A stretch of DNA of 64,000 nt, from the NCBI GenBank assembly GCA_964016885.1, contig OZ024740.1, positions 238,700,001-238,764,000 of the forward strand, read 5' to 3'. The position numbers were made by a program, and so were the translations under genes. Below the pieces are notes generated by a model, which was not told where the DNA came from, did no database searches, and was given only the letters and a program-made list of their open reading frames with translations. This document shows positions 1 to 12,659 of this stretch, in pieces. How positions within the stretch are numbered: the stretch's first letter is position 1; each line of letters starts with the position of its first letter. The DNA comes from Eledone cirrhosa. Its lineage: Eukaryota.

Positions 1-2095
1 TAATGCCCTGGAGTTGATTTAATCGACTTTCCTCTCTCCCTAAATTGCTAGCCTTGTGCCTAGAGTAAAAATCATCATCATCATCATTATTATTATTATT
101 ATATTAGGGTGGTGAATTAGCAGAGTTGATATAGACAAGCAAAGTGCCTTGCAGTATTTAGATAAGGCCCTTTATGCTTTTAGTTCAACTCCTGATGCAG
201 TTGACTATGTCTTCCATCCTTCTGGGTTTGATAATATAAAAACCAGTCAAGTACTAATTAATATAACCAACCTGTCCTCTTTCCTAAAATTTCAGTTCTT
301 GTGCCTATGTTAGAAATCACCATCATTGTTATTTTGGCAGTATCGGTAGAGCGTCAGACATCATGCTATGCAGCATAGGGTTATGGCCCTTTACGATCTG
401 AGTTCAAATCCCACCGAGGTTGACTTTGCCTTTCATCCTTACGGGGTCGATAAAATAAAGTACCAGTAATACACTGGATAATTGCTGGCCTTGTGCCTAA
501 CGTAGAAACAATTATTATTATTATTATTATAATAAAGATAGACGGTAGTCACGGAATAGGCAGACCTAGAAAAACCTGGGACGAGCTGATAAACTCCGAC
601 ATCACACACTTACACCTCTCCAAGACAATGTCACTGGACCGAGACCTTTGGCGGTACTCAGTAACAGAGAAGACCCGCCTTACCTAAATATATAGTAAAA
701 CCTACTCCAGCCAGTAGGCATCTCTAACAAAATACACCCCCCCACCCCATCCCGTTCTATGTAAAGTTATGTTGGTGCCGCGCCATCCAGGCCGAAACAA
801 ATGAGATCGTGTAGGTGTCACGACAAAAAAACACACAGTCCACGATGTAATGTGGCCGTGTAGGCAACATGGTAAAAACCTCCCAGACCCACACTGTAAA
901 TGTGGTTGGTGTTAGGAAGGGCATCCAACTGTAGAAAACCTGCCAGACAGTCCTATGCGAGCAAGACAATCACTCTTGCCTCAAGTGGGACTACCCCCGT
1001 CCAAACCCATGCAAGCATGGAACACGGACGTTAAATGATGATGATGATTATTATGTGGTGGATTAGCTGAATTGTTAGAGCATCAAACAACATACCTTGT
1101 GGTATTTGTTCAAATTTTTTATATTTCACTATGGTTAACTTTGTCGTTCATCTTTCCAATATTCATTTTTAAATGTACCAGTTATATATTGGGGTAGATA
1201 TAATCAATTTACACCATCCCCTCGAATTACTGGTTTTATGTTTATATTTGAAAAAATTATTATTGTTAATTTGGCTCTATTTTTTATTATTGTTAGGGCA
1301 TCCCGCTGAGGTTAGCTTTGCCTTTCATCCTTACGGGATTAATAAAATAACGTACCAGTAACACGGTGGGGTAGATTTAATTGACTTTCCTCTCCCCCCA
1401 AAAAATTGCTGGCCTTGTGCCTAAATCTGAAACCATTATTATTGTTAAGGCAGTGAATTCACAAAATTGCTAGGGTGTCACACAACAAACTTTGTGGTAT
1501 ATAGTTACAGCCCTTTATGTTCTGAGTTCAAATTCCACTGGGGTTGATAAAATAAAGCCCCAGTAATGCACCATGGTCGATTTAATTGACTTTCCCCTTC
1601 CCTTCAAATTGCTGGCCATGTGCCAAAAGTAGAAATAATTATTATTAGCAAATTGTTCCCACTAATTAATCCTTGTCAGTTTTGCTTGAACAGATCTATG
1701 AACCAAAAGTAGCTTATCAGGTGGTGTATATAAGTTCTCAGCCAGTTTTTTTCCCTTCCTGGTTGGAACTGCTTCATTGATGTTATTAATACTAGATTAT
1801 CTAGACATGATAATTACAACTTCTCCATCCATACTCTAAAAAATCCCTGGCTTTATGTTTGTGTAAGAAATTGTTATGTGGACTGGCAGAATTGTTAGGG
1901 CATCAGACAAAATGCTTTTCAGCATTTAGTTATGGCTCTTTATGTTCTGAGTTCAAATCCTGCCAAGGACAACATTATCATTCTTCTGCGGTCAATAAAA
2001 GAAAGTACCACTCAAGTAGTGAAGTTGATGTAATTGACTTTCCTCACTCACCAAAATTGCTGGCCTTGTGCCTACATTAGAAACCATTAATATTA
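1..2095 (+). mobile_element. Cluster of tRNA-derived Meta-domain-type SINE copies (approx. 1-90, 107-330, 337-528, 1057-1270, 1298-1445, 1449-1645, 1878-2095)
   Basis: Repeated unit with A-box TGGCAGTATCGG, B-box GAGTTCAAATCC, body GCCTTTCATCCTTACGGGGTCGATAAAATAAAGTACCAG, 3' end TTGCTGGCCTTGTGCC..GTAGAAAC and an (ATT)n tail. The Meta-domain assignment is from remembered similarity. Confidence 0.85.
529..1049 (+). mobile_element. 5'-truncated RTE LINE (ORF2 C-terminus, 3' UTR, (GAT)n tail)
   Basis: IKIDGSHGIGRPRKTWDELINSD...KTRLT* matches the C-terminus of the long copies. The 3' UTR is near-identical to 53880-54270 (reverse strand) and ends in GATGATGAT. Confidence 0.93.
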
Positions 2096-3052
2096 CTAAT
2101 ACATATTCATACACTAATAACCACAGGCTTGATATTTATGTAAGAAACTGTTATTGTTGTTGTTAATATTATCATTATTGTATCAGTTACCTGTAATAGT
2201 AGTTGTAGTCGTCATATGGCTAGATCTTTCTGGAGGGTATGATCTTCTTCTGATAAGGGGAGTATTTCCAGGTCGGCTAAAATATCTCAAAGACATGGCA
2301 TCACCAGTAGAAGAAGATGATGATGAACAGGTAGGAGAAACAAAAAAAAATGTAGACAGTTGATAAGGTACATTCAGCTAATTGTAGTATAAACAACCGA
2401 CATGTTGACAGCAACAGTGGACTTCACTGTATTGATAAACACACACACACATGTAATAAGTAGAATGACTACTTTGTGTGGTGCGTGTGGTGTGTTTGTG
2501 TGTGTGTGCTTACTGTTTCATATGAATCACTGAGAGAACAATGTGATTGGTGCTTTTGTCATTAAATGAAAAGATAGTATGTGAGCAAAGGTGGTGGTGG
2601 TGGTAGAAAGGGAAATTTATTTTTAAATCATATAATCAGAGGATGAGGAAGAGGGGGAGGAGGAGAAGCAGCAGTACTCTTATGATCTTTGTAGGCTCTC
2701 ATCAGACCAAATGATGCTGCTGTTCAGTTTGAACTATTATATTCTGATTTTGTCTGTAGAGAAAAAAATAAAAATAAATAAAAACATGGGCAGGAACAGA
2801 CAGTTGCCTACCATATTGGGGTATAATTGAGGGGGGGGGGGAATGATTGCTCAAAGTCAGAGTCAAACAAAATGATTTACAGTATCTTGTCCCAGCTCAT
2901 TAAGCACCGAGTTCAAATTTCACCAAGGTCAACTTTGCTGTTCATTCTATCATTCATTACCTGTAGTAGCAGGAGTAATAATAATATAACTAGATCTTTC
3001 TGGGTGAAGGGTCATGATATTCTGACAATGGGAGCATTTCCAGGTTGGTTAA

Positions 3053-3254
3053 CCCTTTAGCATTTAAACCGGCCATATCTGGCCAGAATTCTCTCACCTC
3101 TTTCTGTTCAAACTGGCTGCTCATACCTATCTATGTTAAGGTATTGTTCTCAAAATAAATAATATCAAAATCTCATAGATTTGATATTATGTGAGGTAAA
3201 GCCTTTACTGTGAAAATACAATGGTATATATAGAGTAATGTAAATGCTAAAAGG
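3053..3254. mobile_element. piggyBac-like non-autonomous MITE
   Basis: TTAA on both sides (3049-3052, 3255-3258). TIRs CCCTTTAGCATTTA / TAAATGCTAAAAGG. Further copies at 4539-4740 and 17575-17770. Confidence 0.85.
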
Positions 3255-4538
3255 TTAAAAATGCACCAAGTGGCTGAAGAAGTTGATAAAATACACTACC
3301 AGTCAAATACTGGGTCGAGTTAATCCTCTTGTGTGACCATATTTTCAATGAAATACACTGCCTATGTGTGTCAATTCATTTTTGAAATAATCAAGAATGT
3401 TGATAGGTTTAATAAAATAACTTTTCCATTATTAAGCTAGTGTTTATAACATTACAAAAGTTTTTTGTTTTTAATTATGATAGAAGGCTTATAGAACCAA
3501 AGTGTTAGCATGTTGGTATCAACAGGGTTATCAACTTTCCTCTCCTACCAAATTGCTGGCCTGGTGCCTAAATCAGAACCATTTAACGTAAAACTAGTGA
3601 AAGGAAAAAGACTTAGAAATACACTAGATTTTCACATTTGTTAAACAGCAAGTTAAAAAAAATTTTAATTGATACACAAAAGCCATTCTTTGAAAAATAT
3701 TAGCATTTTCTAAACAAAATGATGATTTCTTATGATAATGTTTTAACCCTTTAGACTGGTGCCACAATAAAATGCAGCAAGTACACCCTGCAAAGTGTTA
3801 GTGTTGGTGCCACAATAAGATGCACCTAGTCCACTCTGTAAAGTGGTAGTGCTAGTGTCATGATAAAATGCACTCAGTATATTATGTAAGGCTTAGGAAG
3901 GGCATCCAGTAGTAGAAACCCTGCCAAATATGGAATGTATGAGCAAGATGAGGTCTCAGACTATGACAATCATTTTAACCCATGCCAATGATAATAATGA
4001 TGATACATAATCATATGAAACCATCACTGGTTCTATAATATATAACTGTTTGTTTTAAAATATTTAATATTTATCTAAAAACCTCCCATCATAATTTTAT
4101 GTAAGAACCTTTGTTAAGTTATGTTCCAAATACATGCTTAATAATGAGAAAGTTACTAAATCCTTCCTAATTCTTATTTATTTTCAAAATGTTTTGAAAA
4201 TTGTAGGCAGTATATTTAATTAGAAATATGACAATGAAAGAATTAAATAATAAATTAGTATGCACAGCAGTGTATATCAGATACATCTAAGATAATTTTA
4301 ATATAGGTATAACTACTTTAAAAAACAAACAAACAGTAGTTATACCTACATAAAATTTATCTCACATTTTTTAAACAATTTAATTAAATAGCTGTTAATG
4401 TCTTAATAACTGTGAAGAGTGATGGTGGTGTTGGTACAAGTTATAGATAAAATCTATAGCTGAAGTTATTGCTGCTGGAATGTGACAGATTGTGCTGGTA
4501 GTGGTAGTGTGATACTAGAGCAAGCAATAAGAGTTTAA

Positions 4539-4740
4539 CCTTTTAGCCTTTACATTACTCTATATATACTATTGTGTTTTCACAGTAAAGGCTTTATCTC
4601 ACATAATAACGAATCAATGAGATTTTGATATTATTTATTTTGAGAACACTACATCAGTATGAGTGGCCAGTTACGGCTGGTTTGAACAGAAAGAGGTGAG
4701 AGAATTCTGGCCAGATACGGTCAGTTTAAATGCTAAATGG
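4539..4740. mobile_element. piggyBac-like MITE, same family as 3053-3254, opposite orientation
   Basis: TTAA flanks; ends CCTTTTAGCCTTTA / TAAATGCTAAATGG; the interior is the reverse complement of the 3053 copy. Confidence 0.85.
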
Positions 4741-4849
4741 TTAATGAGATTATTGAAAGGTATAGCTAATTATAGTTTGGTGAATTAGACACAAGTTAGA
4801 TGTCAGATTTAGCTATGGGATGTATAGTGTATAAGTTTCTTGAAAAGTT

Positions 4850-5035
4850 GTTGTTTTTAGGCCCAAGTCAACCCTGATCAAGCAACAGTGTAACTCCTGT
4901 CTTTCTTTCAGATATAGTGTATCTACTACTTCAATAGCCAATATATATATTTTTTAAAAGAGAGTAGAGTATGATTTGAGGAAGATTTGACTGCTGTTTT
5001 TAGCAGGTCAAGTGATAACACCAAAGCTCCTTTCT
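4850..5035 (-). repeat. Abundant short interspersed family with a CTGCTA-GAAA-TAGCAG hairpin motif (other copies ~8420-8600, 9125-9300, 10600-10800, 18305-18440, 32461-33280 split, 34862-35000)
   Basis: Recurrent GTGTGATTTGAGGGAGATTTGGCTGCTATTTCTAGCAGG-like core and a (GTT)n end on the + strand. Confidence 0.7.
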
Positions 5036-6021
5036 GGGACAAGGTAGTTAAGTTAAATCTTCTTGATAAGATGATATTGGATAGAGATATATTTATAGAT
5101 ATTTTATAATGACTATGATGATGATAATGGCAAGGTTGATGATAATCTATTAAACATACAATTATAAGGATGGCTTACAATGGAATCTATTTCTATCTGA
5201 CCAATCTAATGAATAAAGAATTTTGAGGCCTTTACTAAAATTATTGTTTCATTATTAAGATGGTATTTATAGCAAAAACTTAAACAAAAGGCTTTTATAT
5301 TGAATAATGTTGGAAGATTTTAATGTAAACAGGAATTCATTTAATATGGGTGGCTTTGTTTCATAGAATCAGAGGTAATTTCAGGTAGGTTGGTATTAAA
5401 GAAGTTAGGAAGGTAGTTTATCAATGTTGCTCATTTCTTTTTCACCTTACAATAGGAGCTGTCCTTGTTAACTGTGGTTATATAAAAGGTAGGAAATAGA
5501 TTATCACTGCAGCAACAGCAATTATGAACATAATGATAATATGTATGATATCTTTGACATGAACACCCATAGAAGTATGCCCACACATGGCCAATACTTC
5601 CATGAACAAAATGTTATATATGTAAATTAAAAACAACAACAAAAACTGATTGGATAAATAAATTTAACCTAATGGAGTAACAGAAGCAACAGACAAAGTT
5701 CCTTGCTCAAGAACACAATGTCCAGGGTTTAAACTCACAACATTATGATTGTGAAACTAACACTCTAACCACCAACCGAAATTTGATATTTAATATAAAT
5801 GGCATCCGATATCAATGTCTAATATTGAAATTTCCACAAAATAGATGACAAATACTGCCCATGTGATATATTTTCTGAAACAATATACCATATTATATCA
5901 GCATATTCAACATTAGCTCCTATTAAATATACTTAGAAAACCAACAATATAGTATAATTGGCTCTGTATATGTCTGACCACCCGGTTTCAACTCCTTAAA
6001 GAAAAGGTTTTGTGGTATTTA

Positions 6022-7297
6022 CAAGGTGGTATCAGAAAGTTCCTGGACTAATGTTTAAAAAAAATAATATATTTACCTAAGTTTTAACATCATCTCCTTT
6101 GAAATAGTCACCTTTTGCAGCAATATGGTCACAGCATTCCTGCCACTTTTGAAATCTGGCCTGGAAGTCATTTTCCTTAAGTGAGTTGAGACCCTTCTGT
6201 GATTCACTCTGGATCTCGGCAGCGGTGTTAAAACGACGACCTTTGAGCTGTATTTTCAGCTTGGAGAAGAGATGGAAGACTAAAGGTGCTAAATCTGGCG
6301 AATAGGGTGGGTGCAGAAGCTATACAATGTTGTTTTTGGCGAGAAACTCATGAGTAAGGAGAGCTCGATGACAGGGTACATTGTCGTCGTGAAGAATGCA
6401 ATTCTTCATGCTCCAGACCTGGTCACTTTCACCGAATGTTCTCCCTCAAATGCCTCCAAACATTACAGTAGAACTCTTGATTGACAGTCTGGCTCTGGGG
6501 TACACATTCTCGATGCACAATACTGCAGATGTTGAAAAAAGAAAATACGATGAGCATGCTCTTGATTCAGCTGCAGTTCTGTCATGAAGATGAAGGGCTT
6601 TTCCACTGTGTCGACTGCTTCTATTGTCAGGGTTGTACCCGTAGACCCAATTCTTGTCACCGGAGATGATCCTCGACATGAAGGATGGGTTATCAGTGGC
6701 ACACTGACAGAGATCTTGGCAGACTACAACGCAATGTTATTTCTGCTCGGTGGTCAGCAGGTTGGGGACAAACTTGGCAGCGACATGCTGCATGTTTAAT
6801 TCAGACGTTAGGATCGCCTGCATGGACCCATACGACAGACCAACAATATCAGCAATATGGTTGATTGTCTTCCGATGATCCTCATGAACGAGCTGATTAA
6901 TTTTCTCCACATTTCCGGGGGGTGACACTTTTGGCAGATCTTTGAGGGACATTCTTCCACTTTTGAAGTGCCCATGCCTCTTTGAACATTACGTACAACC
7001 CATTGCCTCATCACCGTAAGCTTGCCAAAGCATGCTCAATGCCTCTGTAGCAGACTTCCCAAGTTGAATGCAAAATTTCAGGTTGGCTCTTTGTTCCAAC
7101 TTCCTGTTCATGACAAAATTGCAGGCTATAGCATACACTTGATCACAAAAACACAAATTTCACAACTTGCAAAGTGAACACAGCAATGTCACTTGGTGCA
7201 TGAAGGTCAGAGCTAGCTCTCACTGCATGTGCAAAGTTGTATTGCCATCTATTGGCATGCTACAGAACTAGCCTGGAAACTTTTTGATACCACCTCG
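6022..7297 (-). mobile_element. Mariner transposon (irritans-like), decayed transposase
   Basis: TA flanks. TIRs CAAGGTGGTATCAGAAAGTTCCTGGACTA / TAGCCTGGAAACTTTTTGATACCACCTCG. Fragments IISGDKNWVYGYNP and ELNMQHVAAKFVPNLLT on the - strand. Length ~1.28 kb. Confidence 0.93.
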
Positions 7298-8731
7298 TAT
7301 ATGATACTTCATCAGTCTTAGAAAATCAAAACGCAAAGATCCTAAAGAATTTTAGCATACAGACTATCAGAGAGCACATAATAATCTTGACATCATTTTC
7401 CATGATGTCAGGCATATTATGAGCTTTGAAACTTGTTGAAATTTTAAATAAAAAATGTTTGTGTTCAGGCAGCAAACGATGAGGTGATAATAACTGTGTT
7501 ACCTCTAATGAGGAAAGACAAGGTTTTTAAATTCTCTTTTCCCTGAAAATGTATTCAACAATTATAATAATAAACATTTTAACTACCACCAAAGAAATTT
7601 ATGAAACGAAGTAAATTTAGGGAATGCTGAGTAGCTCAATAATGATGATGATAATGACAGGTGAAATCTCTGTCCTTTTCAAATGCATGATAATAGATTT
7701 TTTTTATTGCTACAAGAGTAATAGATGTAGATATTTCAAAGACAAATTAGGTGGGGATTTTACATTAAGTAAGGAAAACAAGCATGAACAAAGACAAACA
7801 AATAATGTAAAAGAAAAAAGGAACCCAAATAAGATACAATGAAAATGGTCCCAGTAGGGAGACAGCCACTTAGTGCCAGTTAAAGAACCACACAAATCTT
7901 GGAGTTCTCTAACTAACCAAATTTAAGTACCCTCTCTCAGTTGTGATCTTAGTTTACAATCACATGCTCAGAGCATGCCCATTCAACCAAATCATATTCA
8001 CCACTCTCACTCATCTTTATTATTACCTTCTTCTTCAAGTGGTACTTAAAGAAGGTAACACTAAAATACAAGTGAAATCTGTTTTGATAAGCGAATGAAA
8101 CTTGTGCAAGCAGAGTTATGTACCTTAGACTGGCATATAACAATGCTTCTCGTTTCCCACTGACATTTACAACAGATGTAGTTCTCTTGCAATTGTGATA
8201 TTCCGTGTCCTGCTACAAACCCATCCTGTACCAGCTTTGCTATGATCATTTGTACCGCTTTTATTACACGGTCTACTATAAAGAGATTCTCTTAGCATAT
8301 GAATTGTTATTTGTACATACCAGGAGTGTGATATAGAATTTAGGGGTATGTGGATAGTAGTTAGAAAGGATTTTATCGATGTGTATTGGGAACTTGCGTG
8401 ATTGAGTTCAGATAGGTTGATGTAGTAGCCTCAAATTAGCTCTAATCCAGTATATATACAAGCAGAAGTATTCCAATAAAAAGTACTATCTCTTACTTTT
8501 ACATAGTGTATCTAGGATTACATTACTCAATGTAGAGTGTGATTTGAGGGAGAATTTTTCTGCTAATTCTAGCAAGCCAAACACATAGTCTCCTTCTAGG
8601 ATAGGTTTAAGAGGAGTTGCTTGTTCATGTGGAAATAATGAATCTATTCAGTGTTAATAAAAATAATATGAACTGATTTATGAACATCTAATTGATGGTA
8701 TAGAAATAAGTTGAGCTGTTTATAAATTGTT

Positions 8732-9053
8732 GGAGGCACATGGCTTAGTGGTTAGAGCATTGGCCTTGCAATCGAAAGGTTGTGAGTTCAATTCTCAGAC
8801 CGAGTGATGTGTTGTTTCCTTGAGCAATACACTTTATTTCACATTGCTCCAGTTTACTCAGCTGTAGAAATGAGATGATAGGGACTGGGGTCCCTATCAT
8901 TCTACTGCAAAGTGGTCGAGGAGGTGCCACGGCAAAAAAGCACCCAGCACTCACTGTAAATGAGGTTGGTGTTAGGAAGGGCATCCAGCTGTAGAAATCA
9001 AGCCAGCATCAGTTCCCGTCCCACCCTTGCAAGCAGGGAAAAGCGGACGTAAA

Positions 9054-9084
<31 letters not shown>
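8732..9084 (+). mobile_element. Full-length tRNA-headed SINE (CORE/V-like body) with RTE-derived 3' tail
   Basis: Head GGAGGCACATGGCTTAGTGGTTAGAGC...GAGTTCAATTC; body TCCTTGAGCAA.ACACTT...GCTCCAG; tail GTTGGTGTTAGGAAGGGCATCCAGC...GGACGTAAAA(TGA)n shared with the RTE 3' UTR. Confidence 0.88.
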
Positions 9085-9085
<1 letters not shown>

Positions 9086-11984
9086 ACTATTCAGCCAACA
9101 CATCAAACTTTAAGAGTCAATGAGCCAAGAAGGGCATCTCTATGTAGTCACTCGACCTGCTATAAACAGCAGTCAAATCTTTCACTAAATAACACTCTTC
9201 TGTCTTAAAAAAAGGGACAAGTTGAAATTATTATGTCTGGAATTCCTTTTATCATGTCCACTTGATTAGAGTTGTTCAGGAGTTAGAAAACATCAACATT
9301 TAAGCAAAATAGCACTGTTATTATGTTTTTTGACCATCTATACTGGAGGATCAGTGTGGACAAGGCAAGGATTATATAAATTGATGCAGGTTAGTAATTG
9401 TGAAGGATTTAGGGGTGAGAGAGCGAATCTGACAGTAAGAAGAGTGGTGAGTATTTCAAGATGATTTTAGCTGAAGAAGGTTTACAAGATTATAGTAGTA
9501 GATATATAACAGATAGAAGGAATATACAATTTAATGGTAGACTAGTCATTGGAAGATGTTTGTATCGATCAGGTAGAAAAACATTTTCTAGGAAGGGAGA
9601 GCATATGTACAAATACGATAGTTGAAGAAATTTCCATTGTAAAGTATCTTGTAGATAATTCTTTTGTAAACATATTCTTTACAAAGAAACAAGAAATATA
9701 GATGTTTTAACTGGAACAGTAATGTAGTGCTTCAATGAGAAATTCTTATATATAGAGTTATGTTGGTGACACAATGAAACATTACCAAGTCCACATTGTC
9801 AGTTGGGCGTTTTGGTAACACAATAAAAAGCACCCACTCCACACTGTAAACGTGGTTGGTGTTAGGAAGGGCATCCAGCCATAGAAACCACGCTAGAAAC
9901 AGTTCTGTACAAGCAAGACACGGTCATCTGATCTGACTTGTCTCACAACGAGACAACTCATCTAACCTGTGCTAGTGTGGAAAATGGATGTTAAATGATG
10001 ATGATGGTGAGAGAATATAATATATTTTGAATTGCGTAGAACAATAGATGGATTTATTAATATATTACAATTCATCAATATTTTACACACTAAAAAAAAA
10101 TATAAAAAGATGAGGAAAGAGAAATAATGGGAGCGGCAGACTCTACACTTTAGTCTAGGAAGTATATTTCAGTTGCACCAAGCAGACAAAATGGCAAAAA
10201 CATTGCCATGGAGAACAGGCAGTGAGACCTGCTATGTTAGCCACTCTGTCTTACAGGGTTCCTTATTCAGGTGGGATGCACTCCTGATGATTTTACAAAG
10301 AAAAATGGCAGTTTGGGGACTGAGGACTCCAGAGATCTTGACAGTAACTGGCATGAAAAGGAAGTGGTTGGTCAAATCCTGAGTAGATGAATGATAATGA
10401 GGTTTTAATTGCCAAGGATGTGTGGAGCATATGTTTTGGTGCTGTTAAACATCATTGCATTGTTCTGTTATAATTGAAGCATGTGTTGAAATACTTTTTA
10501 TGATGATATTACTATACATGCACTTTTGACGAGTTGTAGTGCACCTGAGCACTTTACACAATAATTTCATTATTATATTAATGAGAATGAAAACAAGAAG
10601 CATGTTGTTTAGTCACAGAGTACCCCTAATTGGATAGACCTATGTTCAAATATGTTCCAGCATTGACCATCTCATCTTTTTGTATATACTAGACTACTAT
10701 GTCTAATGTCCTTAAAAAAAAACTTCAGTAAGATGTAATTTGAGGGAGATTTAATTGCTATTTCTAACAGATTGAACAAATCACTCAAAGGTTCTCCTGT
10801 TGGTTGTTATATCCAGCATGTAGTCAGTGTGTCTGTGTGAATGTGTGTGTGTGTGTGTGTGTGCACTGATCTCAACAACAAATCTCCTGCATACAAGTCA
10901 CCACCTTGTCATAACTGTTTATATGCAATCAATTGAAAATGTATTGATTTAGTGATCAATATCACATCAGATATGATATTTAGAAGGCAAATTATGAAGA
11001 AAAACACACATTAAAAATGCCAACAATAACAAAATCAATGCATTATATCATGAAGAAAAGGAAGAGACATTGATGTTTTGGATAATTTGTCTATCAAAAT
11101 AGATAAATGGAGAAAAAGAGAATAATATGAATAGTTTCAAAAACAAATGTATGTATATTATAAATCCAGCATAGTAAATTGATGCAATGGAATGGCATTG
11201 AAGAGTGTGATGGCGGTGAGTAAATCTTGGTTATGCACAGAGAGAAATAAAATGTTAAAAATTTAGTAAGGTGGTAAATTGGCAGATTTGGTCCACATAG
11301 ACTGCTATGTAATTTGATAATTTGGTAGCTGGGCAGAAGTTGTTCACCATACAGCTAACTTGTTAGATGCTCTGGGCTAGATCAGAGCAGCTAACTTGTT
11401 AGATGCTCTGAGCTAAGTCAAAGATCCATCTGGCAACAAAAATTCACATCTACTGATTACTTGTTCACATAATCACCCTTTATGACTGCAAGATGTGGCC
11501 AACAAGAAAGGTGGTCTTATGCAAGCTGGGAGTATTTCACCATTTTTGGTTTTGTTAGATCTTACATGTCTGTACATTGGATTTTGGCTCAAACTCCAAA
11601 ATTCAGTATCACTGTTGGATTAATTTCCTTCAACAACAACGACTCAAAAGTTAGCTTGGTCATGCACCCTGCCAAATATGAGGTGAACTTAGTTGCAATA
11701 CAATTGTGCAAAAGCCCCTCCTGGAAATGGTGAGGATAGCTGAACAAGTTGACGATCAATATGATCAGGTTGGATCTTGATTTAATATCTGGTCTTTGGA
11801 TATATGACATCCACACCGGAATTACAACTGGCTGACAATCTCTACATTGGATGGCTGTAATCACCCTGCATAGTTGGTTTCTATTTGCAATGCTATGGAT
11901 TCACTGGTTGAAGCTGACTCTACCCACCCTGAGTGAATGCTGACACATAGAAGGATAGAAGGGATCATGCTTAACTTCAAATAC

Positions 11985-12320
11985 TATTTTTGTTTATACC
12001 CCGTCCCACCACCCCCACCCCATCCACACCACCCCGTTCTATGTAAAGTTATGTTGGTGCCGCGCCATCCAGGCCGAAACAAATGAGATAGTGTAGGTGT
12101 CACGACAAAAAAAACACACAGTCCACGCTGTAATGTGGCCGTGTAGGCAACACGGTAAAAACCTCCCAGACCCACACTGTAAATGTGGTTGGTGTTAGGA
12201 AGGGCATCCAACTGTAGAAAACCTGCCAGACAGTCCTATGCGAGCAAGACAATCACTCTTGCCTCAAGTGGGAATACCACCGTCCAAACCCATGCAAGCG
12301 TGGAACACGGACGTTAAACG

Positions 12321-12350
<30 letters not shown>
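11985..12350 (+). mobile_element. RTE LINE 3' UTR-only insertion
   Basis: Near-identical to 735-1049 and to 53880-54230 (reverse strand); ends in (GAT)n. Confidence 0.9.
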
Positions 12351-12352
<2 letters not shown>

Positions 12353-12659
12353 ATATAGATATGCCAAAACACACCTGTCACTGGTATAATCATATCAAAG
12401 CCTGTTGAAAAGTCATTCACAACGTCCTTCTATAATCTACTTTGATATAGAAAAAACTCAATAAAAGCTTTACCTAATGATTATTTTACGAAGTGAGTCT
12501 AAATTTAAACAAGATAAAGACTTACAAGATAGTTTAGTATATTATTTAACAAACTACGTAAATATTTGACTCTCCAGATGCTCCTAAGGTTTGTTTCTGA
12601 AGCTTTATTTGGCTAGACTCTCTTGGTCAAGTTAATACATCTACATATGTTGCTAAAGA

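Noticed and set aside
3755-3900. Regularly spaced ~44-bp repeats as a CRISPR array
   Set aside because: These are tandem units without unique spacers and belong to the LINE/SINE tail.
8061-8249. Cys-containing 62-aa ORF
   Set aside because: No recognisable domain or splice support.
8732-8805. tRNA gene
   Set aside because: A/B boxes are present, but the sequence continues into a SINE body and lacks a proper cloverleaf. The same applies to the other SINE heads.
11352-11423. 36-bp direct duplication next to a weak endonuclease-like remnant (11440-11940)
   Set aside because: Simple local duplication; the remnant is too decayed to call.
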